Positions 30,463-49,080 of a stretch of 64,000 nucleotides of DNA are shown piece by piece. This DNA is from the human T2T-CHM13v2.0 reference genome, Homo sapiens: assembly GCF_009914755.1 (NCBI RefSeq), contig NC_060925.1; one strand, given 5' to 3'. Position 1 is the first letter of the stretch. Each line of letters starts with the position of its first letter. A model generated the notes under the pieces. The model had not been told where the DNA came from and made no database searches. It saw nothing but the letters and a program-made list of their open reading frames with translations. The translations under genes were made by a program, and so were the position numbers.

Positions 30463-30990
30463 TTTTTAGAGATACCTACTGATATGTTTGCAGATGAAAT
30501 GAGGTGATGCCTGGGTTTGCTTCCAAATATTCCAGAGGAGGAAGAATGAGTGACAATACAGATGAACCAGGATTGACTATGTATATATTCATAGTTATCA
30601 AATTTGAGTTCACAATTTTGGTTCATTATACTATAATTCCTCTACTTCCATGTATTTTTGTAAATTTTCATGATACAATATTTATAAATAAGGTAAATGT
30701 GCATTTACTAACATAAAATATTTTCATAATATAATTATTGTTAAATGAATAAAGCAAGTTGTAAAGTGATATGGCCCGATCCCATTTGAGTAAAAAAGTA
30801 TATTATATATTTATGTGCATGCATAAAATGTGTGAAATAACACAGACAAAACTTAAGAGTAAGAGTGGCAAAGGATGGGATGGAAATAGTGACTGTTTTT
30901 TTCTTTTTTCTTTGTACAATTCTGTTCTGTTGATATTTTTCTTAAAAATTAATATTTTCTCTTTTTTTTTTCAGAAAGCCTAAGTGGTCC

Positions 30991-36810
<5,820 letters not shown>

Positions 36811-37490
36811 AGCAGCCTCTTTTCTTTTTATAGTAATTACTTTTTTAAAAAGTTAAAGTTTGAAATTACACCTTTATCTCACACCCTATATAAAAATCAA
36901 CTCAAAATTAAAGGCTTAAATGTAAGACTTGAACTTATAAAACCACTAGAAGAAAACTTAAGGGAAAAACTTTACAACATTGGTCTGAGCAATGATTTTT
37001 TTGGATATAAGCCCCCCAAAATAGACAAATGAGATTACATAAAACTAAGAAGCTTTTGCACAGCCAAAGAAACAACCAACAGAGTGAAGAAACAACCTAC
37101 ACAATGAAAGAAATTTTCAAACTGTACATCTGGTAAGGGGTTAATATCCAAAATATGTAAGAAACTCATGCAGCTCAATAGTTAGAAAACAAATAACCTT
37201 ATGGAAAAAGAAGCAAAGGATCAGAATAAACATTTCTCAAAAGAAGGCATAGTAATGACCACTAGACAGATATGAAAAAATGCTCAACATTGCTAATCTT
37301 TAGAGAAATGCAAATTAAAACCACAGTGAGGTATCATTTTGCACCTGTTAGAATGGCTATTATCAAAAAGATGAAAGATAGCAAGAATTGGTGATGATGA
37401 GGAGAAAAGGGAACCCTTCCACACTGTTGCTGGGAATCAGTATAGCCATTATGGAAAACAGTATGGAGACACCTCAAAAACTTAAAAATG

Positions 37491-37869
<379 letters not shown>

Positions 37870-38231
37870 TCAGCATGTCAAAGAGATGTCTGCACTCCTA
37901 TGTTCATTGCAGCATTATCCACAATAGCCAAGATATGGAATCAACCTCAGTGTCCATTAATGAATGAATGGATAAAGAAAATGTGATATATACACACAAT
38001 GGAATACTATTAAGCCCTAAAAAGAAGGAAATCCTGCCATTTGCAACAACATGGATGAACCTGGAGGATGTTATGCTAAGTGTAATAAGTCAGGCACAGA
38101 AAGACAAATGCTGCACTTATATGTGGAATTTAAAAAAGTCAAACTCACAGAAGTAGAGAGTAGAATGGTGGTTACCAGAAACTGGAGGTGGGAGGCTTGG
38201 GGAGATGATGGTCAAAAGATACAAAATTTCA

Positions 38232-38563
<332 letters not shown>

Positions 38564-39604
38564 TCAAGATATGTACTGTATAATATGATGACTATAGTTA
38601 ATGTATTGTATTCTTGAAAATCGCTAGGAGAGTATATTTTAAGTGTTTTCACCATAAAAAATGATAAGTATGTGAGATAGTTCTTATTTTGAGCTGTATT
38701 TAGCCATTCCACAATTTATACATATTTCAAAACATGTTGCACATAATATATAATTTTTAATTTTATTAATTTTATAAATTTTAATTGTCAATTAAAAATA
38801 ATGAATGAATAATTTAAAAATTGTGACTGTGTCACAAATTTCTAACAGAAGTTGACTTTCAAATAAATTGGTGAGCAGCTCTTAATAAAAGATTTTCCAA
38901 GACAATTCCACACACATTTGTCTGATTGATTTATTGATTTGTTTTGTTTGTTTTTTAGGTTACTGGTCAGCCTCTCTTGAATATCTTTTCTATTTTAGGG
39001 AAAATCCCACATTATGAGTCCCAGTTCTCCAAAGGCAAAGTCAGGACTTAACATTCTGGCCTCCTTTGCAGCTGGTGAGCAGGCCTGGGGCCCATGACAG
39101 GCAGACACAGAAGTGCCGGGCAAGAGGAGAGTGCCTTTCTGGGTAGCTGCTGGCACCAGGACCAAGCTCCAGCAGCCCAGGCTGTGGCATTGGAGCCGGT
39201 TGAGGAGTGGGAGCTTCCAGAGGATGGGGGGAGTTTCCGCTGGAGCAGCCCTTCCAGGTGGTCAGGCCCACTCCTGGCTACAGACTGCGTGTAAGCCCCT
39301 TACATCTATTGATACATCCCTTTGTTTTCATTAAGACTCAGTGAATATTGCAGCTACAAATTCTGACATATGGTGGCAGATGATCTTTGAATGATGATAA
39401 TAGCTTAATAGCTGCTGCCTTCCTTTTCCTTTTATTCCAATTGAAAAGATTTTAATATGTGCTTAAAAAACACTTGTTGAATGAAAGAATAGATGAATGA
39501 ATGAATGAATGAATAAGTTTGTGTTCACCTCAGCAGCATATATACTAAAAGTGGAATGGGTAGGCCTATGAGACAGGGCCCAAGACAACAGTGGGTTTGA
39601 CAAT

Positions 39605-39795
39605 TATGTATGAGGAAGATACATCCTCACAGAAATTATCCCTGAGTTGCAGACTGAAAAATTTCTACCACTAGGCTCAGGGCTGTTGGATGACTTGGCC
39701 AGGACCTGGAAGCCGGTGATGAGTGCATCTGGAACTAGGTCCCCAGCCTCCAGCTTCCTAAACCCAGTCTCTTTCCACCCATTTACTCTGTGTAG
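39605..39795 (-). mobile_element. MIR (degenerate)
   Basis: 'ctaggctcag...gatgacttggccaggacc...ggaactaggtcccc...cttcctaaacccag'. Confidence 0.45.
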
Positions 39796-39949
39796 TGTCA
39801 TCAAATAATTCTTCCAGGCTTTAGCCCCAGGGCCAGGAGCCAGATGAAGAGGAGTGGGAAGTGAGTGGTGTTGGTGAATTGCAAAACTGAGTATTTTCAT
39901 GCTTATTTCCCAGCTTATTAAACAGTAGAATTTTCTCTAAAATTTTTTT

Positions 39950-40290
39950 CTGAGAGGTTGATTAATGGTTACAAATATACACTTTGATGGAAGAACTAAG
40001 ACACTGATAGATCAGTAGGGTGATTACAGTTTATAATAATCTATTATATTTATATTTATATATTGCATTTATATGTAAATGTTGTATTTTTTTATATTTA
40101 GAAATATAAATAGAAGAGAATAATTTGAGTGTTTGTAGTATAAAGCAAAGACAAATATTTAAGGTGATAGATATCCTAATTGTACTGATTTGATCTTTAG
40201 AAATTATGTGAATGTGTTAAATGATCACATGTAGTCTGAAAATATGTACATCTATGATGTATCAATAAGTAAAAAATAAATAAAAACATG
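39950..40290 (+). mobile_element. L1MA (L1MA10-like) 3' end fragment
   Basis: 'gagaggttgattaatggttacaaatataca...gaaaatatgtacatctatgatgtatcaataa'. Confidence 0.75.
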
Positions 40291-42174
40291 CTTCAGTGCA
40301 AAAGAATAAAATATTTTTCTGTACAAAAAGCAGTGACAACATTGTCATTTTTGATCCAATAACACCAAGTACAACGTCCTGCCCCTTAAAACAATTTCTC
40401 TGAAAATCAGTGTTAGGTCACCTGAAAAGAACCTTTCCCCTGAGCTCTGTAATTCAGACAACTTCCACAGAAGGAGGAAGTGTTGACACCTAGAACCCAT
40501 GTTTCCCCTTTAGCGTTCTGCTTTTATTCTTCTGACCTGGAATTCACCATAGATGTTCTACAAGACAGAGTGGAGAAGCCACTCAGTGTCTTGGACATCC
40601 ACTCCAGGAGAGGCAGAATTGTAATGAGAAATGCAGTGGGGACTGTGTCTCCCAAGGCAGCACAGACTTTTTCAGAGACAGGAAGAAATGGGCTAGAATC
40701 TAGCCCAGGCCAGGGAAAGAAGACCCCTCCCTCTGCCTTCTCCAGGCTTTGAGGCACAGGCTGTGGTTGCTAAGGGTAACATGGCTCACTCAGGAGAATT
40801 TATCTAGCTTGGCAGGTTTTTTTAAGATCCTGGTTTAACAGCATGATGATGGTATTGTTTAAATTCCAAAGTACCTGGAATACTCTAGAATAATATTCTA
40901 GAACAACCTAGAAAAAAGTATCTGAAATAATCTAGAGATGTGAAGTACCTGGAACATCTTGGGTGAAAGGTCTAACAAAAGTTACTGTTTTGACAGGCTT
41001 ACTTCATGCTTTAGTTCTTTAAGTTTTAAAATTTCATCTTGGCCCATTGGGAAGTTCATTAAAATGCCTTTGCACCAGTTTTTTGGAGGTAAATGCTTTT
41101 TGGGTTTCTTAAAACATTCCTCTTCAAATCCCTTCATGGTCTCAGGAAAAGTATGTGTGTGGGGCCTCCCCCTCCTCTTCCCTGAAAAAGACCCTGGCCA
41201 CCTATGACAGATGGAGGCCTGTCGATTGAATCTAAAGCTACTGAATAATAAAAACTCATGAAAAATAAATGTGCTCAGAGAAATAAGCTTTTCCATAGCA
41301 GCTCATTCCATCATATTTTCCTGATGTCCTATCTAATTTATGATGGCAACTCCATAGCAATTCCTCTTAATTTCCTATTATGAGTAACTTATTTTTTCCC
41401 CTTCTGAAAGTGCAGTGTGAAAGTTTTTATCGCACACATGCGGGTAAGAAGACAGCCTCAGACACTTGAGTCGATGCCAACACAGCATCTTGAATTGCCC
41501 CTTGGATCCAGGCTTTTGTAAAAGTTAATCCATTGGAAGGCTGACAGTATGGCAGGAACAGTTTTGATTAGAGCTCCTATTTAAACTTCAAGTGCAAAGA
41601 AAGGTTTTAGCTGTCATAAGGTGAAACATACTGGGATAAAACAGGGCACCCTCCACCGTAGGTTTGGAAAATGGGTTCACGCTATTTTCAGCCAGACCCA
41701 AATGAATCAGCCAGCTTCCCCAACTATTCCCATTCCACTGCTGAGCATGCAACACTTGCCATTTGTAATCTAAACATCATTTGGTAGATGAGAACAAAAC
41801 ACCAATCAGAACTGAGAGAGAGACCAGAAATATGGTCACTGGCTCAGTGGGACACACAAGATGGAGCCTGGACCGCATGACTCAGGGAGGTTACCTCTGG
41901 GGAGAAGAGAATTTCAGAAGAGGCTAAAATGGCAGAGGGGCTTCCTCTTCAGGACAGACCCCAAGGCTGAACGTGAGTGAAATGATGCTTCAGGGACTGT
42001 GCGGTTTGCACAGTGGACAAAGACCTTGACTCACAGAAGGTGACGAATCCAGTTTTGCCCACTCTTTGTGGTCAATAAGTGTGGATTCTGTAAACTATCC
42101 TGTTAAGGAAGGCTGACACTTTTTTCCCCCCAAACAGAATGAGGAGCAATCGTTTAAATTCATAAATCATAAAG

Positions 42175-42290
42175 CACAGTAGAAAGCCCAGAGATCTTAG
42201 AGCTGGCAGACCTGAATTTGAATCCTGGCTGTGTGGTCTTTTGTTCAGTACTGGACTTCAATTTCTCCATTTGCCAAAGAGATGTTAGTT
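42175..42290 (+). mobile_element. MIR fragment
   Basis: 'gcagacctgaatttgaatcctggctgtgtggtctt...ttcaatttctccatttg'. Confidence 0.55.
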
Positions 42291-43534
42291 GGAATTATAT
42301 CTTTCCCACTAAGAATGGGGAAAGGGGGGCTTGCCTTCCATATCTTTCCATGAAGCACTGTTTTTCATCTGTCTCATCTTTGACTACGTTTATTGTCATT
42401 ATTATGTATTTCAGTGCTGATATTGTTGCATGTGTATTTGTCCCTTGAGGTAGTCTACATGCTTCTTTAGAGAAAGGCCCACATCTTAGGACTCCCTATT
42501 CTGCACTGTGCTGGATACATACATAGTAGGTGAGGAGACATTTGGTGTTAGGGAAAAGACCTTTATTTTCCTCAAATGCAACTACTCAATATTGACCTAA
42601 AATTACTGGTAACTACTAATATGGACCCTGGCACGGCAGACTCTTGCGTTGTCCACAGGCATTGCTGAGAAAGCATGAATTTGGGCCCCCTGCACAAAAG
42701 TTAACCACGTGGCAAGACTCCTCAGCTCACCAGATTGTCTTTTTAATTAGTTGAAGTTGTAGGCTTTAAGTCATTACAAGATGATGCAAGTAAGTTATAG
42801 CACGGTAATTTAAATGTAGGCACAACTGTGATGTTTGAATTACAAAAAGTATGATTGCTTTATAGCAGGTGCTGCAGTTTCCCAGCGGATGGGAGTGGCC
42901 TAGCTTGAGGCTGCCTGGCTGCTGTTGATAAGAGCCAGCCATACCCAGATAGCAGGGAGAGAAGGCCTCTCTCCAGACAAGATGTAGACCACGCCACTGT
43001 GCCGACAGAAGCTGGATCCGCTATTGGAGATGCTGACCCTCTCCTGACAAGAAGGGGAGACCCTGCCGACTGCCAGATCCCCACCAACCCCAAATGCCAC
43101 CTGCAGGGGCTGTGCCCTACCTGGAGTGGACCAGTCTGTAACCTTTCATCTCCTCTGGCTAGAAATTGACTCTTTCCTCCCCACTGTGTCTAAGATGGCA
43201 GCAAAAGACACTAAATTTGCTTTTATTTACTAGTGGGTCCATGTTCTCTCTACAAGAGCTCTCTCAACTAGAGGAAAATAACTCACTCTTAGTTTCACTT
43301 TCAGAACACAGAAATCTGTCTTTGTCCTGACTGAGATGCTCATTATGCCTTCTGCACAAAGGGGAAGAGGAGCAGATATGATAGAGAAAGAGAGCCATGC
43401 TAAAGCTGGGCATTTATTGAATGGCAACATAGTGCCAAGCACTGCAAACTCAGAAAGGAATGAGACAGCTCCCTGAAGATTCTGATCATCCGTGATTTAG
43501 GTCAGTTGAGAGATTAGGTGGATGCTTGTTCATG

Positions 43535-43573
43535 TCACACACACACACAGATACACACATACACACACCCCCC
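43535..43573. repeat. (CA)n-like microsatellite
   Basis: Directly visible. Confidence 0.85.
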
Positions 43574-44682
43574 CCAATCAATCATCACAGTAGAAGATAT
43601 ATAATAGTAGCACTGACTCTCGAGGTTGGAAAGGGGAGATGCCAAGAGTTTCAGGAACAGTAGGATCCACAGAGGCTCTGCTCTCACCTCGCCAATTCTG
43701 CCATGGGCCGACAAACAGCAAAGGTCTACCTCGAAGAGGGACAGTGACCTTGTGACCAGTGGGGAGGCAACACTCTGCGTTTTGCCAACGCAAATCATCA
43801 GCGACCCTTTGGCTTCCATTAATTGTATGATCTAGATTGGCTTTGTGGAGACCTGCACCCCACCTGCTAGGCAGGAGTTCTAAGGCCAGAATCTCAGGGC
43901 TAAGGGGTCATTAAGTTTATCTACTTCTGAACCGGCATCCTCATTGTCACATCTTGGCTAAATTGTTGACCTGGTTCTGGTCACTCAGGGCACAATGACA
44001 AGGCTTTGATTGTCAACCACTGTAGCTGGCTCCAGCTTTGCTTGGCTTTGACAGATGAAAAGCCATTTTCCACATTGTAGGCCTGCTTCCTGTGGTTTCA
44101 TCCAGTCCAGTGAGTATTCGGCCCTGTGATTGACACAACCTCAGAATGTGTATGCACCCCCAGAAGACTGTCGTCTGAAAGGAGGGGAATGTGGAAATAT
44201 CAACAGTTATAGAAACCAACAGGATGTAGACAGGCGTCTAAATAATTCTAATTTCTCATTTTTTGGAAGAGGTATTTCCCAGTGAGCAAACATCAGTAGG
44301 GAAAGGCGAACTCTCGGGGGCCTGAGAGGTAAGTTTCCCTCATACCAGGACTTATGAGGACCTTGGAGGAAGTGTCCATATTTAGATTCAAGCAAAGAAA
44401 GTGATATTAAAGGTGGTCTTAGGAGCCAAAAGGTCATTACTAGTTAGTGAGTGACAGGAAAATAGAGTCATGGGGCTAGGAAAAATTTAGCAGCTGTGTA
44501 ACCCCGGGATCCTGACATTTCTGAACATCAGGATTGCTACACATTATCCAGAGGCATTGCTGACTGCTCAGGACAGTAGGAGTGGTCCCACCAATGCAAA
44601 TTCTGGGTAGATAAGGCCCCAGTCTGATTTGTTCTCCATTGTATTTCCAGAGCCAGACCCAGTGACTAGCTCAGTGCCTAGC

Positions 44683-45022
44683 TGTCTTAGTTGAGGCTGC
44701 TATAACAAAATACCACAGGCTGAGTGGCTTATCAACAAGGGAAATTTATTCCTCACAATTCTGGAGGCTGGAAGTTCAAGGTCAAGGTGCCAGCATGGTC
44801 ATGTTCTTGTGAGAGCCCTCTTCCAGGTGCAGACTGCCAACTTCTCATTCTATCCTTGAATGGCAGAAACAGAGCCAGTTATAAGGGCACTCATCCCATT
44901 CATGAGGGCTCCACCCTCATGACCTAACCACCTCCCAAAGGTCCCACCTCCTAATACCATCACATTGGGGATTAGATTTTACATGTGAATTTGAGAGGAA
45001 CATAGATATTCAATCCATAACG
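44683..45022 (-). mobile_element. MLT1A0-like MaLR solo LTR inserted in an L2 tail
   Basis: 'tgtcttagtt...gctgctataacaaaataccacagg...attcaatccataacg'; TSD ctagc/ctggc; flanks rejoin into an L2 3' end. Confidence 0.88.
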
Positions 45023-45339
45023 CTGGCATAGAATGAATCCCTAGCAAATACCTGTTGAATTGGTGAATGAATACTGATTGAGGAAATAGTATAATGCCAA
45101 GTGATCATAAATTCACTTAAAATTTTTAAAGGACTTGCATTTAGTATATTACAATAGTATACATATTTATCTGAAATATTATTACATATATGTGCTAAAT
45201 AGATTACAGAGACTACTCTATTTACAAAAGGTCGGGTTCAAAAAAGCTATTTGCAGGACTCTTGACCAAAAGGAGATTGTATAAACAATGTTAATGACAT
45301 CTAATAGTGGCAGTGGAGGTGATGTGTTTTCTGCTGTCC

Positions 45340-45540
45340 TTAAAGTGTATAAAGTCCTTAAACCAACAACCTTCTGAGTAAGATACTAACATAACTTTCA
45401 TTTTATAGATGAGGAACCTGAAGGTCAGAGAGAATTTAAGTGATGGTCCCTAGGTTACTCAGCTGCTGGTAAGTTGCAGGGTCAGAATTTGAATGGAGGC
45501 ACGTTTACATCAGTGTTTGGAGACACAACCACTACGTTAT
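45340..45540 (-). mobile_element. MIR
   Basis: 'cattttatagatgaggaacctgaaggtcagagag...gtcagaatttgaa'. Confidence 0.75.
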
Positions 45541-46049
45541 GCTTTCATCGGAGGTACAAAAGTTTCTAAATTGAAGTTGTAAGTAGAGTTTCTGTATTTA
45601 TTTGGCTTATTAACCATGTTGGTGCTCATGTGATTAGCTTATCCCAGTAGTAACTTGAGGGACCTGCCTGTAGGTATAGGTTAATTCTAGCTTAACCCCC
45701 AAATAAACTTGAATTTCCGGTCCTCAGCTCCTTGAGGCTCTCTCAGCTTTCAATACTGGGCTCTGTCAAGTCCCTTGGTCACTGCTGACCAAGCAGCACC
45801 CACATTAGAGGGCTCAGACCCATCAGCAAATGTGGTCTGGAGTTAATTTTGCTGTTCAGTGAGCATGGAGTGACTCATTGGACTGTAATCCTCCCAGCCC
45901 GGGTGATTGTTATGTCTGCATGACAGGTTTTTGGGTCGAATTTCCTGATTAGTGCTTCCCTTGCTGGGACTAGAACTCAGAACTGAAGTTACCATGACTG
46001 AGACCCGACATACCCTATCTTGTGCTTCTTAGTTTTTTCCCTTTACATC

Positions 46050-46590
46050 TATGATAGTCAGGGTAGACTACACTCTTTAATAAATAGACTCCAAATGTGT
46101 AATTGTTCAAGCACATTAGAAGTTTACTTCTCCTTCATGTAAGTATAGACCAGTGGCTGTCTCTGGTTGATAGAGAATTCTGCTCCATGCAGTGATTCAG
46201 GGATTCTGGCTCCTTTTAGCTTGTGGTTTCAAATGTGTAATTGTTCAAGCACATTAGAAGTTTACTTCTCCTTCATGTAAGTATAGACCAGTGGCTGTCT
46301 CTGGTTGATAGGGAATTCTGCTCCATGCAGTGATTCAGGGATTCTGGCTCCTTTTAGCTTGTGGTTCCACTGTCACCTAGGGCATTATTGGTTTCTCTAT
46401 CCAGCTGGAGGAAGGAGACAAAGAGGATGGAGTCATCATTGTCACACCCTAAAAGCCACTCACATTCCATGGCTAGAATTTTATCACCCATGGCCATCTC
46501 AACTGCAAGGAAGGTAGGAAATGTAGGCTGGCTATGTGTTCAGATAAACAGGAAAAGGTTGGATTCTGGTGAACAGCTAGAATTCCAGGC
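46050..46590 (-). mobile_element. Old MLT1-type MaLR LTR containing a 138-bp tandem duplication
   Basis: 'tagaagtttacttctccttcatgtaa', 'ctgctccatgcagtgattcaggga', 'catggccatctcaactgcaaggaaggtaggaaatgtagg'. Confidence 0.7.
46092..46367. repeat. 138-bp tandem duplication (2 copies)
   Basis: 46092-46229 repeated at 46230-46367 with 2 differences. Confidence 0.95.
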
Positions 46591-46609
46591 AACTGGGACT
46601 GTATGAGCT

Positions 46610-47000
46610 AGGATTAGGCCAGGCTTCTTGTGGAAGAGGACCCCAGCTAATAGTAACTTGAGTAACCTGGAGCTTCACTTTTCTTTCATATAAAAGAGGT
46701 CTGGATTTCAGCAGTCCAGGTCTGGTAAAGTGGCTCCACAGCCTCCAGGGACCCAGACCCCTACTGTATGTGTCCTCTACGGTCTTTCCATCAATCTAGC
46801 ATCTGTCCTCATGAGCTGAAGTGTCTGCTTGAACATCAGATGCCACCCTCCTATTCCAGTAGCTGGAAGAAGGAAAAGAGGAATATGAAAGGCACATCCC
46901 CTGTACCTTTTCTGGAGATTTTCTTGAAGCCCCTCGCAACTCTTCCATTTACATATCATTGGAAAAGCTTAGTCATAGGGCCACACTCCTTTATTCTGGG
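46610..47000 (-). mobile_element. Old MLT1 (J/K-like) LTR
   Basis: 'gcagtccaggtctggt...cagggacccagac...acatatcattgg...ttagtcatagggccac'. Confidence 0.55.
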
Positions 47001-48009
47001 GCCAGTATGCTATACCAGCACTGGGATTTTACTATGAAAATGGCATGGAAGATTGGGTATAGGAGGGCACCTGGTGCCTTTGGCTAACTGACTGCCTGCG
47101 GGCCCTCCTTCCCCTGTGCTGAGTGCGTGGGTTTCCCGGAGGAGCACTGTCCAATGGACGCGTCCAGCACCTCACTCTGAGGCTTGAAGTGCTGTTCAGT
47201 CGAGATATTGCCCACAAAAAAAAGATGAGTGTATGCCTTTGTCAAACCAGTAATGGTGGTTTGACTGTTTCCCTGATGGTTTCCCGTTGCCGAACAAGAG
47301 AAACAAAAATCAAATGTGTAGTCAGCAGCGGGTAGAGTGGGAAACACACAGTGGTCTCAGCAGCTATCTTGCACTTGAGGTTCGTTGGCATTGTGCAGCC
47401 CTGCTGGAGAGGATCCAGGACCTCCTTTGTCGGCCTCTCTCACAGCCCACCTTCTGTTCTTAGGCACCGAGTTTTGCCTTTTTGGGAGGTCTTCCTAGTC
47501 ATCTCTCTTCTGTGGCCCGAGGCTCTGCTTTGAGGTTTTAAACTGCCCAGGCTATTTCCAGTCAGGTTGGAATTTTTTTAGAATGACATTTCTCTGAAAA
47601 ATCTCATAGCCTTTTAGCTTATCTTCTTCCAATCAGTTTCACATGCGAGTAAGCAACCAAAATCTTGTCTACATAGTTTTCAGCCTTGCCTTTTACTTTT
47701 TGCTCTGCCCTCCAACTTAATGTCTCTGTTTTGAGGCTGCCTGAAGCAGAGGGCTTTGGCATGATGGTTAATGTCCTTGCCAGCCAGCTACCTTTAAGTG
47801 GAGTACACCATCACCTCTCCTCGAAAGGGCAGTTTTCCAGCTACCACCTATCATGCTTCTGTTGGGGGCACAGAAGCAGGGCTGCAGACAGACATCCCTT
47901 CCTCAGCATTGCTGTCTTCTTCCTCTCTCTGCTCCAGGCAGGATGGCTGTGGCCTGAGCTCAATCTCTCTCTCTCTTTCCCCATAGGATTTTGTTAAAAA
48001 GTTAAGAGG

Positions 48010-48268
48010 GAAAGAAGAAAACCATATCAGAGTTTAATCAGAGACACAGAAGAACTGGGCAGAACCAGCTACATAATATGCTGGACCCGGTGCAGAGTGA
48101 AAATGCAGAGCTCCCTGTTCCTATGCAACTGCACGGGTGGCATGCCTGGCAGAAGGAGGATCCAGTGGCAAGTGGAGCCATTTCCGATCCAGCTGCTGCT
48201 TCACTCCAAGGAGATGAGTCAGCTGATCCGTGATGGTGATGGTGGTGATCATGATGATGATGATGATG

Positions 48269-48303
<35 letters not shown>

Positions 48304-48446
48304 CCACAAGACAGCTGCTGCTCTTGCTGCCCTGCAAATCTCCCGAGAATCTCTCTTGTGGCCCACCCCAGTGGAAGCCTATTGGAAAGGACATTCTGGG
48401 GATAGAGCTCAGGGTGGGCCAGTTGATACATTATGAAGCCACCACA
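48010..48446 (-). mobile_element. MLT2-like (ERVL) LTR with internal compound microsatellite
   Basis: Reverse complement begins TGTGGTGGCTTCATAATGTATCAACTGG...CCCAGAATGTCCTTTCC...GGCCACAAGAGAGATT. Confidence 0.6.
48230..48301. repeat. Compound (GAT/GGT)n-(TG)n microsatellite
   Basis: Directly visible. Confidence 0.95.
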
Positions 48447-48674
48447 GTCACCATCTGCCAACATTCTGACTTCTTCCCACCAATCCTTCTATGCCCAGAT
48501 GTCAGCTTATGGTCTCTCTTCCAAGAAACAACAGGCAACAGTGTTGTCAATGTATAATGCAGTTTGCTGCTGCATTACGAGGCCCTTATCCCCTTATCAC
48601 CTGCCATCTGACCTCCTCCAATAATAGGCTCTGTCTCTTGCAGCATGACACTTCTGGGTATAAATTATTTATTT

Positions 48675-49080
48675 ACTGGGTTGGATCAAACTGCATGTGA
48701 CCTTGAACTCAAAATAACAATGGTTTAAATAAGACTCAGGGTTTCTGTCACACTGAGAATCTAGAAGTATGCAGTCTGGGGCTGAGAGGGGGGCTCAAAG
48801 GTCTTCAGGGGACCCAGGCTCCCGCTATGTTGCTGTCTCTTGCTATCTTGGGTCTTCCTAGTTAAGAATGACTGATGAGCATTAGACATTGTCCCTGTTA
48901 TGAAAGAAGTTTCCCAGAATCCCAGACAGCACTTCTGCTCACATCTCATTATCTAGAATTTGGTCACTTGGCGACACTTGGCTGCAAGGGGGCTGTGATA
49001 GATATTCTATCCTGTGCTGAGCTACATATGGGATTCTATTACTGAAGAAGAGACTAGATATTGAGAGGCAACTAGTGCTT
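48675..49080 (-). mobile_element. MLT1J-like MaLR LTR
   Basis: 'aaaataacaatggtttaaataaga', 'acttctgctcacatctcatt...ggctgcaagggggctg'. Confidence 0.65.

Larger units (their letters stand above)
28255..30960 (+). mobile_element. Old L1MC/L1ME 3' fragments
   Basis: 'tatcatttctcacctatcagattt' and 'tttagagatacctactgatatgtttgcagatgaaatg...tgggtttgcttccaaatattcc'; boundaries approximate. Confidence 0.6.

Noticed and set aside
48038-48464. Overlapping His/Asp/Met-rich ORFs
   Set aside because: Produced by the (GAT)n(TG)n microsatellite
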